DNA from: Eubacteriales bacterium
Lineage (GTDB): Bacteria > Bacillota > Clostridia > Oscillospirales > CAG-272
Assembly: GCA_045661325.1 (NCBI GenBank)
Contig: JAZRFK010000060.1
Location: 258 to 64,257 of the forward strand
DNA length: 64,000 nt
Reading direction: 5' to 3'
Shown here in pieces: positions 56,176-64,000 of this stretch. Under the pieces are notes generated by a model. The model worked only from the letters and a program-made list of their open reading frames with translations, was not told where the DNA came from and searched no databases. The position numbers were made by a program, and so were the translations under genes. The stretch's first letter is position 1. Every line of letters starts with the position of its first letter.

Positions 56176-56252
56176 ATTGGAACGAAAATAATCGTAATTG
56201 CCTGCTCGCAACGAAAACAAAAATTTCACCGACAAAAAGCGACTTTTCACTA

Positions 56253-56281
56253 TTGCAAATTCACCCAAAACGTGTTATACT
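56253..56281 (+). promoter_or_regulatory. sigma-A promoter of the TIR-LRR cluster leader
   Basis: TTGCAA (56253-56258), 17-nt spacer ending in TGt (extended -10), TATACT (56276-56281). Confidence 0.55.
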
Positions 56282-56465
56282 GTACTCGTACACAAATTGC
56301 ACAATCGGTTTTTTGAAGGTTTTCCTTTTTCAAAGGGGTAATATTTTCTGCGTTCCCAATTTCTTTGAGCCTTGGCAAAAATGCAGGTTCCTCGAAATTG
56401 GGTACATATAGGCAAAAACCTTTTCTGATTCGTTTGTGTGACAGCAATCGGAGCTTACGTTTTTC

Positions 56466-56498
56466 GGTGTGCATAACTTCGGTTGTGCACACCTTTTT
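56466..56498 (+). terminator. strong intrinsic terminator/attenuator 20 nt upstream of the first TIR-LRR start codon
   Basis: GGTGTGCATAAC uucg GTTGTGCACACC forms a 12-bp stem (one G-U pair) with a UUCG tetraloop, followed by TTTTT. No ORF lies between the promoter and this hairpin. Confidence 0.75.
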
Positions 56499-56518
56499 GT
56501 TTATGAAGGAGAAGAATT

Positions 56519-58486
56519 ATGAGATTTCCTGTTGCATATGAAGGGGAAGAACCGTATATTTTTGTTAGTTATAGACACCTTGATACGGAAACGGTTTACA
56601 AAATTCTCAGCCAGATGCAAAAAGATGGCTATCGATTCTGGTATGACAAAGCCATCCACGCTGGCGAAGAATGGCGTGAAGAAATTGCTACGCATATAGA
56701 ATCGTGTAAAGTTTTTATAGCTTTTGTTTCTAAAAGTTACCTTTTGTCTAAAGAGTGCAAAAAAGAACTTGAATATGCTAACGATCAAGAAAAAACAATC
56801 TTGTTGATTTATCTACAGGAAGTAAAACAATCTGGTAGTATGGGAATGCTAATGAATCGCATTCAAGCGATTTATAGAAACAAGTATAATGATGAAACGA
56901 ACTTTTATGAAGCGCTATATGCGGCAAAAGGAATAACGACTTGTCGCTCTTCTCTTCCTCCGGCACCTAAAGAAAAAGAAGAGGTTGCAAGCAAATATTT
57001 AAAGTTTGCGTTAGACAAAAAAAGAGGAGAATATGCTGTTATTGGAATCAAAAAAAAGGAAGCATATACTCCTACTGTTATCCCCAAACACATTATGAGC
57101 GAAAAAGTCGTTATTCCTAAAAATTACAAAGGTAAGCCTGTTACAAGCATTTGCGACAAGGCATTCTTTCTTTGTACAGGTTTAACAGACATTGTCATTC
57201 CTGATAGTGTAGTGAGTATAGGCAATTACGCTTTTTATGGTTGTACAAGCTTAACGTCTATTTTGATCCCCGAAAATGTCACTAATATCGGTTTGTGCGC
57301 TTTTCATTACTGCACAGCACTTACGACAATTAAATTTAATCATAACAGCCGATTAAACAGCATAGGTGTGGCGGCATTTTCTGAGTGTCTTTCACTTGCT
57401 TCCATTACCATACCCGATAGTGTCACAAAGATTGGGGATCGCGCTTTTAGGAAATGTCAAAGTTTATCTTCCTTTACCATTCCAGAAAATGTAAAATCCA
57501 TTGGCCTTGACGCTTTTGAAGGATGCGCTAATTTAGAAACTATTTATTTTAAAGGTCGAAAAAGCCAATGGGAAACAATAAACAAGGGTGAAGAATGGGG
57601 CAAGCAAAAAATTATTTTCTGGACATCCGTAATGACAGAAAAAAATATCGTTCCTTGCTTGAACTTTAAGTTTGACCGTAAAGCAAATGGCTATACTTTA
57701 ATCGGAATCACGGACACATCTGTCACGAAAATTACGATTCCCGCTACACATCAAGGTGTACCTGTAATCAGCATTGACGCTTCAGCTTTCTATAATTGTA
57801 CAAATTTAAAATCCATTACACTCCCTAATAGTGTGGTGAACATTGGCGAAAATGCTTTTTACAACACCGCCTATTATAATGATGCTGCGAACTGGAAGAA
57901 CTCCTTGCTTTATATTGGAAAGCATTTAATTAGAGCCAAAAAGTCCATATTGAACATAACAACCATCAAAGAGGGCACGTTAAGCATTGCATCCCAAGCG
58001 TTTCGTGACTGCACAAATTTAAATGCAGTCGTTCTCCCCGATGGTATAGTTAACATAGGTTCCTCTGCGTTTTCCGGCTGCACACAGCTGAAAAGCATAG
58101 ATATTCCTTATACTTTAACAAGTATTGGATATATGGCTTTTTATTGCTGTATGAATTTGTCACAAATAACTTTTCCTGACAATCTCAAAAACATAGGCTT
58201 TGCCGCATTCGCGGAATGTGCGAATCTAACCTCTTTATCCCTTCCTTTTGGGATAAAGAGCATTGCACCGCGAACGTTTGATAATTGCAAAAATTTAACA
58301 TCGATCACGATTCCTCAAAGTGTCACCGGAATTGGTTCAAAAGCCTTTAACAATTGCGTAAAATTAACTAATATTTATTACAAAGGAACAACAGCAGAAT
58401 GGGCAACAATTTTCAAAATGGATGATTGGAACGAAAACACTTGCAAATATACTATCTTTTGTTCCGATGGTACATTAGAAAAATAA
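56519..58486 (+). CDS. TIR domain / BspA-type leucine-rich-repeat (LRR_5) fusion protein, paralogue 1 (two LRR modules)
   Basis: RBS GAAGGAG lies 7 nt upstream. Residues 1-135 show TIR hallmarks (PYIFVSYRHLD, YRFWYD, VFIAFVS, ECKKELEYA with Glu83). The rest is ~23-aa repeats L.SI.IP.SV..IG..AF..C. No signal peptide or TM segment. Confidence 0.85.
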   Translation: MRFPVAYEGEEPYIFVSYRHLDTETVYKILSQMQKDGYRFWYDKAIHAGEEWREEIATHIESCKVFIAFVSKSYLLSKECKKELEYANDQEKTILLIYLQEVKQSGSMGMLMNRIQAIYRNKYNDETNFYEALYAAKGITTCRSSLPPAPKEKEEVASKYLKFALDKKRGEYAVIGIKKKEAYTPTVIPKHIMSEKVVIPKNYKGKPVTSICDKAFFLCTGLTDIVIPDSVVSIGNYAFYGCTSLTSILIPENVTNIGLCAFHYCTALTTIKFNHNSRLNSIGVAAFSECLSLASITIPDSVTKIGDRAFRKCQSLSSFTIPENVKSIGLDAFEGCANLETIYFKGRKSQWETINKGEEWGKQKIIFWTSVMTEKNIVPCLNFKFDRKANGYTLIGITDTSVTKITIPATHQGVPVISIDASAFYNCTNLKSITLPNSVVNIGENAFYNTAYYNDAANWKNSLLYIGKHLIRAKKSILNITTIKEGTLSIASQAFRDCTNLNAVVLPDGIVNIGSSAFSGCTQLKSIDIPYTLTSIGYMAFYCCMNLSQITFPDNLKNIGFAAFAECANLTSLSLPFGIKSIAPRTFDNCKNLTSITIPQSVTGIGSKAFNNCVKLTNIYYKGTTAEWATIFKMDDWNENTCKYTIFCSDGTLEK

Positions 58487-58576
58487 TTTTGTCTTTCTTG
58501 TTCTATGGCCAAACGGGAATAAGAATTGCTTTATTTATCTATAAAAAAGAAAAAGTAATAGGAGCAAAGAAGTTAT

Positions 58577-60406
58577 ATGAAAAATCATCCCATCTATGAA
58601 GAAATAGCGCCTTTCGCATATGTCAGTTACTCGCATCTTGATAAAGAGCTTATTTGTCCAATTCTCCGTCAGATACAAATTGATAGTTACCGTTTTTGGT
58701 GTGATGAAGGTATCTATGTCGACAAGAAATGGGATGAAACAATTGCAGAAAAAATAGATACTAGTGAAATTTTTCTTGCTCTCATTACAGATAATTATCT
58801 AGAATCTGGCAATTGCAAAGACGAACTAAATTACGCAAGAGACTTGAACAAAGAGATTCTTTTGATTTTTTTACAAGATATTACTCCATCTGGCAATCAG
58901 GCTATTCGAATGGGGCAAATTCCAGCGATTTTCAAAAGCAAGTATCAATGTGAAAAAGATTTTTACACAGAACTCTATTCGCTAAAAGCACTCAACCGCT
59001 GTCATTCTTCCAAAGACTCTACAAACAATTACTTAATTTTTTCACTAAATAAAGAAACAGAAGAATATGAAGTTGAAGGCGTAAAAGACAGAGATATTGA
59101 AGAAATTATCATTCCCTCCTCTTATCAAGAAAAGCCCGTCACGAGCATTGCCAACCACGCCTTCTGCAATTGTGAAGATTTAACCTCTGTTATACTTCCT
59201 GACACTATTAAAACCATCGGTGCCAACGCCTTTGCTTATTGTAAAGTCCTAACATCCATTATCATTCCTGATAGTGTGGTTAGTATTGACCGGGGAGCTT
59301 TTGGGGGCACAGAATTGATTTCCATTACTACGCCTTGCTTCAACGAAGCAAGGACAGCAGATGATCATTTGGGGTATATTTTCGGTGCGTACTCTTTTTC
59401 TGATAACGGCGAATGCGTGCCCCCCTCTCTTAAAACTGTCATCCTTACAAAGGGAACACAAATCGCCCCTTATGCATTTAATGGCTGCAAAAATTTGACC
59501 TCCATCACAATTCCTGACAGTATTATCAGCATTGGTAAAAGCGCCTTCAGTGATTGCGATAGCTTGACCTCCATCACCCTGCCGGATAGCATCGCCAGCA
59601 TCGGCGAGTATGCCTTTAATAATTGCAAGAGCCTAACATCTGTTACCATCCCTAACAATGTTACCAGTATTGGCAAAGCCGTTTTCGGTAATTGTGATAG
59701 CTTGACCTCTATCACTATTCCAGATAGCGTTACCAGCATCTGTGCGTGCGCCTTCGAAGCTTGCACAAGCTTGACTTCTGTCACCATTGGAAATGCCGTT
59801 ACTGCTATCGATGACTATGCTTTTAATGGCTGCACCAACCTGACATCTTTGACTGTAAAGCAAGGAAATCCCAAACATCATAGCGCAGGCAACTGTTTAA
59901 TTGAAACTGCTGCTAAAACCTTGGCGGCAGGTTGTAAAAGCAGTGTTATTCCCACGGATGGTAGCGTTATCACAATCAAAGATCGTGCCTTCCGAGGTTG
60001 CGAAGGCTTGACTGCTATTACTATTCCAGACGGCGTTACCAGTATCGGTAGTAACGCCTTTGCCGTTTGCACGGGTTTAACCTCTATAACTATTCCCGAC
60101 AGCGTTGCCAGTATCGGTTATGGCGCCTTCTCTGCTTGCACAAGCTTGACCACTATCACCATCCCGAACAGCGTTACCAACATCAGCAAGTGGCTCTTTG
60201 CCGGTTGCGCAGGACTGACCTCTATCATCATTTCTAACAGCGTTACCAACATCGGCGAGTATGCATTTGAACGTTGCGAAAATTTGACCACCATCCACTA
60301 CAATGGCACTATGGAAGAATGGAACGCTATTTCCAAAGGAAATGATTGGAATTATAACACTGGCAAGTATACCGTCTATTGCACGGACGGAAATTTAATG
60401 AAATAA
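58577..60406 (+). CDS. TIR domain / BspA-type LRR fusion protein, paralogue 2
   Basis: The same architecture (FAYVSYSHLD, YRFWCD, IFLALIT, NCKDELNYA with Glu83) followed by about 15 LRR_5-type repeats. It ends with the cap motif HYNGTMEEWNAISKGNDWNYNTGKYTVYCTDGNL. Confidence 0.85.
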   Translation: MKNHPIYEEIAPFAYVSYSHLDKELICPILRQIQIDSYRFWCDEGIYVDKKWDETIAEKIDTSEIFLALITDNYLESGNCKDELNYARDLNKEILLIFLQDITPSGNQAIRMGQIPAIFKSKYQCEKDFYTELYSLKALNRCHSSKDSTNNYLIFSLNKETEEYEVEGVKDRDIEEIIIPSSYQEKPVTSIANHAFCNCEDLTSVILPDTIKTIGANAFAYCKVLTSIIIPDSVVSIDRGAFGGTELISITTPCFNEARTADDHLGYIFGAYSFSDNGECVPPSLKTVILTKGTQIAPYAFNGCKNLTSITIPDSIISIGKSAFSDCDSLTSITLPDSIASIGEYAFNNCKSLTSVTIPNNVTSIGKAVFGNCDSLTSITIPDSVTSICACAFEACTSLTSVTIGNAVTAIDDYAFNGCTNLTSLTVKQGNPKHHSAGNCLIETAAKTLAAGCKSSVIPTDGSVITIKDRAFRGCEGLTAITIPDGVTSIGSNAFAVCTGLTSITIPDSVASIGYGAFSACTSLTTITIPNSVTNISKWLFAGCAGLTSIIISNSVTNIGEYAFERCENLTTIHYNGTMEEWNAISKGNDWNYNTGKYTVYCTDGNLMK

Positions 60407-60481
60407 GCTTCAAGGATTGACATTTTTCATAGCTGAACTGTTATAAAAACAAATTAATGCCGCACTAAGAAGGAGAAGACA

Positions 60482-62524
60482 ATGAAAGAACCTCTTGCAT
60501 ATGAGGGCAAAGAGCCTTACATATTTATCAGTTATGCCCATCTTGACAAAGAAATAGTTTATCCTATTCTCAACCGATTAAAGGATGATAATTATCGTTT
60601 TTGGTACGATCAGGCGCTTTATGCCAGTGAAGAATGGGATGAAGCTATTGCGGCTAAAGCAGAAGCAAGTGAGATTTTTCTTGCTTTCATTACCAAAAAT
60701 TATCTTGATTCCGATAATTGCAAGGATGAACTAAAATATGCAAGAGATTTGAACAAGACAATCTTCATAATTTATCTGCAAAACACTGCCCTTTCCGGCG
60801 GCATGGCGATGCGAATGAATCGCATCCAAGCAATTTATAAAACTGCATATCAGAATGAAGAAGATTTTTATACGGCTCTGTATGCACACGCGCCCAAAGG
60901 GATAGAGTCCTGTCATTCCGCCACCCCGGAAGAGCACGAGAATACGATTCTGAATTTACAACTGGATGAAAAGACAGGAGAATATGTCGTTGCAGGCGTT
61001 ATTGACAAAACCATTGAAAGAGTCGTGATTCCTTCCACATATCGAGGCAAGCCTGTTACAAAAATTAATGCAGCTGCTTTTGAAAATTGCGAAAAACTTT
61101 CTTCCGTTTTCATCCCAGATAGTATTAGCGTTATTGGCGGTGGTGCTTTTTGGCAATGTACAAGCCTCCCCGTTGTCACCATTCCTGAGAGTGTTCTTGT
61201 TATTGAAAAATATGCTTTTGCTTATTGTACAAGCCTAACCTCTATCACTATTCCTGCTAACGTAATGAGTATCGGCCAAGGAGTTGTTGCGGGTTGTATA
61301 AGTCTTGCTACCATTATTGTAGACGAAAAAAATCCAATTCACAAGGGCGCAAACAATTGTTTGATAAATTCAAATACCAAAACCCTGATTTCTGGTTGCA
61401 AAAATAGTGTCATTCCCACAGACGGCAGCGTTGTACTTATAGGAGAGGGCGCTTTTCGAGATTGCAGCGGATTGATTTCTGTATCTATCCCCGATAGCGT
61501 AGTAGCAATTGATTCACTAGCTTTTTGTCGTTGCACGAGATTAAAGTCGGTTTCCTTTGGCTCTAACAGTCGACTAACAAAAATCGGCGTGTCTTCTTTC
61601 GCTCACTGTGCAGATTTAACCGCCTTCAACTTTCCAAGTAGTGTAACAAATATAGAGAACGACGCATTCGATTCCTGCAAAAGTTTAACCACCATTAATG
61701 TTCCTAGTAAAGTAACAAACATTAATTCGAGTGTCTTCAGATGGTGCACAAATTTATCTTCTGTTCTCCTTCCCGATGGTTTAACGAGTATTGGAGAGTC
61801 CGCCTTTGTGCATTGCGGAAGCTTGACTTCTATTGCTATTCCTAGCAACGTTTCTACCATTTGTAATGGAGCTTTTTGGGATTGCTCAGCGCTGACTTCT
61901 GTTACCTTTGGTGCCGACAGTCAATTAACCACTATTGAAGAAAACGCTTTCGCGCATTGCAGCAACTTGAATTACATCCTTATTCCTAACAGTGTTACTT
62001 TTATTGGTTCAAATGCCTTCGAAGAAAGTGGGAAAGCGGACTTGCTTGTATTTCGCTTTTACGGCACAGAAAAGCAGTGGGCAAATATAAAGAAGGGCAA
62101 AGAGTGGGATCTGAAAAAGGTGTTTTTTTGTCTGCCTTCGGAAATCAGTATCTCTTCAAGTTGTTGTTTTAGATTTTCGCTGGATAAGAAAAAAAATGAA
62201 TATACATTTGCTGGTGTCATAAATTGGGCTGGCGCAGAAATTGTGATTCCTCCCACCTATCAAGCAAAACTCGTCACCAGCATCGGCAAAAAGGCTTTTT
62301 ATAAATGTTGTGGTTTTAGTAGCATCACAATTCCTAATACCATTACCCATATTGGCACCAAAGCTTTAATGGGGTGTAAAGGCTTGTCCGTGATTTATTT
62401 TCAAGGCACAGTTGAGCAATGGAAATCTATAAAAAAAGCCCCTAAGTGGGATGAGCAAACTCATCGCTACGATGTTTTCTGTATTGACGGAAATATTGCA
62501 ATGTTTAAAGGAGAGTCAACATGA
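60482..62524 (+). CDS. TIR domain / BspA-type LRR fusion protein, paralogue 3 (two LRR modules)
   Basis: PYIFISYAHLD, YRFWYD, IFLAFIT, NCKDELKYA with Glu83. The LRR repeats are interrupted by an internal cap (FYGTEKQWANIKKGKEWD), followed by a second short LRR module and cap. Confidence 0.85.
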   Translation: MKEPLAYEGKEPYIFISYAHLDKEIVYPILNRLKDDNYRFWYDQALYASEEWDEAIAAKAEASEIFLAFITKNYLDSDNCKDELKYARDLNKTIFIIYLQNTALSGGMAMRMNRIQAIYKTAYQNEEDFYTALYAHAPKGIESCHSATPEEHENTILNLQLDEKTGEYVVAGVIDKTIERVVIPSTYRGKPVTKINAAAFENCEKLSSVFIPDSISVIGGGAFWQCTSLPVVTIPESVLVIEKYAFAYCTSLTSITIPANVMSIGQGVVAGCISLATIIVDEKNPIHKGANNCLINSNTKTLISGCKNSVIPTDGSVVLIGEGAFRDCSGLISVSIPDSVVAIDSLAFCRCTRLKSVSFGSNSRLTKIGVSSFAHCADLTAFNFPSSVTNIENDAFDSCKSLTTINVPSKVTNINSSVFRWCTNLSSVLLPDGLTSIGESAFVHCGSLTSIAIPSNVSTICNGAFWDCSALTSVTFGADSQLTTIEENAFAHCSNLNYILIPNSVTFIGSNAFEESGKADLLVFRFYGTEKQWANIKKGKEWDLKKVFFCLPSEISISSSCCFRFSLDKKKNEYTFAGVINWAGAEIVIPPTYQAKLVTSIGKKAFYKCCGFSSITIPNTITHIGTKALMGCKGLSVIYFQGTVEQWKSIKKAPKWDEQTHRYDVFCIDGNIAMFKGEST

Positions 62525-63738
62525 AAAAAGCCTTTTGGGCCTTCGTGCTAATTTTGATATTCGTTTTCACTTTTTCTTCATGCGATACTGGAACCAACGG
62601 CGGTGACAATCAGCCTCACATCCACACTTACGGAGAATGGAGCACTGTAAAAGACGCTACCTGCACCGATGATGGTCTTAAAGAGCGCATTTGCGATTGT
62701 GGTGAAAAGGAAACTGAAGTCATTCCCACAATAGTTTGTGAAGGTTTGGCGTACGAGATAAACGATGATGGGGTATCTTGTACCATTACCGGAATCGGCA
62801 AGTACACCAATACGGAACTTGTTGTCCCTGCTATTATTGATGGATATATCGTAATGAACATCGGTGAGGCCGCCTTTTTTAATTGTTCCCACCTTACAAG
62901 CGTCACTATTCCCGATAGCGTGAAGAGCATAGGCAAGAGCGCCTTCTCTAGTTGCACCAGCCTTACGAGTGTCACTTTTAACGAAAACAGCCAACTGATG
63001 AGTATCGGCGAGAGAGCCTTCTCTAGTTGCACTAGCCTAATGAGTATCACCTTCCCTGATAATGTAACGAGCATCAACAAGTATGCCTTCCAGAATTGTG
63101 CCAACCTTATTAACATCACCTTTAGCGAAAGCAGCCAGTTGACGAGTATCGACCAAGGGGCATTTGGTATTTGCACCAGCCTGGCAAGCATTACCATTCC
63201 AAAAAATGTGAGCAATATCGGTGCTAATCCCTTCTCTGGTTGCTTAAACCTTATGAGCATTACAGTAGCGAGTGACAACACCACATATCATAGCATGGAA
63301 AACTGCCTGATTGAAACCGAGACAAAAACCTTGATAATAGGATGTAAAAACAGCATTATCCCCACGGATGGCACCGTGACGAGTATTGGTGAATGGGCAT
63401 TCTATGATTGCTCCACCCTGATGAGCATCGCTATTCCCGACAGTGTGACCACCATTAACGAGGGCGCTTTCTCTGGTTGCTCAGGTCTTAGAAGTATCAC
63501 CATCCCGGATAGCGTGACGACTATCAACAGTTGGCTCTTCAACGACTGCACTCGCCTTGATCGTATCACGATTTCAGGTAAAATCACTAGCATCGGTAAC
63601 AGAGCCTTCTGTAAAAATAGGGCAGCTATCATCTTTTCCGGTACAATGGCACAGTGGCATAATATAAGTAAGGAAGAGGGCTGGAACATGAACGCTGTCC
63701 TCAATGTCTTTTGCGCCAACGGAACTGTAACAGAATAA
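62521..63738 (+). CDS. LRR (BspA-type) lipoprotein, translationally coupled to the third TIR-LRR gene
   Basis: Its ATG overlaps the upstream TGA (ATGA 62521-62524), with AAAGGAGAG upstream. Signal peptide with lipobox-like FTFSSC. One H..Y..W....DATCT..G....CDCGE Cys module, about 12 LRR repeats, and the cap FSGTMAQWHNISKEEGWNMN..NVFCANGTV. Confidence 0.85.
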   Translation: MKKAFWAFVLILIFVFTFSSCDTGTNGGDNQPHIHTYGEWSTVKDATCTDDGLKERICDCGEKETEVIPTIVCEGLAYEINDDGVSCTITGIGKYTNTELVVPAIIDGYIVMNIGEAAFFNCSHLTSVTIPDSVKSIGKSAFSSCTSLTSVTFNENSQLMSIGERAFSSCTSLMSITFPDNVTSINKYAFQNCANLINITFSESSQLTSIDQGAFGICTSLASITIPKNVSNIGANPFSGCLNLMSITVASDNTTYHSMENCLIETETKTLIIGCKNSIIPTDGTVTSIGEWAFYDCSTLMSIAIPDSVTTINEGAFSGCSGLRSITIPDSVTTINSWLFNDCTRLDRITISGKITSIGNRAFCKNRAAIIFSGTMAQWHNISKEEGWNMNAVLNVFCANGTVTE

Positions 63739-63757
63739 TACAGCGGATCCAACCAAA

Positions 63758-63785
63758 CCCCGGAGAAATCTCCGGGGCTTTTTTC
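63758..63785 (+). terminator. rho-independent terminator ending the TIR-LRR operon
   Basis: Stem CCCCGGAG / CTCCGGGG (63758-63765 / 63770-63777) followed by CTTTTTT. Confidence 0.85.
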
Positions 63786-63904
63786 ATGCAAGCACAAGGC
63801 AGGATATGGAAAGAAGAAAAAGGGACCTGCTCACTATTCGTGAGGAAGTTTCCTTTTCACTTGTGCGACGCAGTTGCTTTTTTCTTTTTCAAAGCAATTT
63901 TTCT

Positions 63905-64000
63905 TTAGCAAATTTTTGCTTTGTCGGTTAATAGCGTTTTTTCGTCGAGTGTCACGATTTTTTCAGCGTGTACCGTGATGTCGCTATTGCCGCCGAATAC
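63905..64000 (-). CDS. 3' end of an unidentified minus-strand gene continuing beyond the window
   Basis: The minus frame reads VFGGNSDITVHAEKIVTLDEKTLLTDKAKIC then TAA (63907-63905). Only 31 codons are visible, so this is weak. Confidence 0.25.
   Translation of the reverse strand, partial: VFGGNSDITVHAEKIVTLDEKTLLTDKAKIC

Noticed and set aside
56250-56492. 80-aa minus-strand ORF in the leader of the TIR-LRR operon.
   Set aside because: It starts at a GTG inside the terminator hairpin and has no Shine-Dalgarno sequence. It is antisense to a predicted promoter and leader, and its composition is unremarkable. It is most likely non-coding.

Overview
This 64 kb window comes from a moderately GC-rich, spore-forming Firmicute that looks like Clostridia. 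All family calls rest on motifs read by eye; no homology search, folding or composition calculation was run.

Markers for that assignment:
- pro-sigma-K and a SleC-like cortex-lytic enzyme
- the SRP-RNA / dnaX / ybaB / recR block
- a lysine riboswitch in front of dapA-dapB-ddh-lysA
- clpC, pgi, hslO and rpmB

Most of the window is ordinary housekeeping sequence, densely coded on both strands with clear Shine-Dalgarno sites. I used those sites to trim several over-long ORF-track starts.

Accessory content:
1. A low-GC island (about 56.15-63.8 kb) carries three tandem cytoplasmic proteins, each an N-terminal TIR domain fused to BspA-type leucine-rich repeats. A translationally coupled LRR lipoprotein follows. 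The island sits behind its own promoter, a roughly 180-nt leader and a strong intrinsic terminator. This is my best candidate for an undescribed system.
2. A TerB-N/TerB-C protein, a DUF2791/BrxD-like ATPase and an Lhr-like DEAD/DEAH helicase form a triad (14.2-19.4 kb). It matches what I remember as the Shango anti-phage system.
3. A convergent intergenic region (29.72-29.94 kb) holds a strictly 38-bp-periodic array. The octamer GTGAAGTT separates unrelated 30-nt palindromes.
4. A carbohydrate-enzyme cluster (0.8-9 kb) contains two pairs of tandem paralogues.
5. A marR plus heterodimeric ABC exporter operon has a perfect operator palindrome.
6. A MazF toxin has no visible antitoxin.

No rRNA, tRNA, CRISPR array, transposase or integrase was seen.
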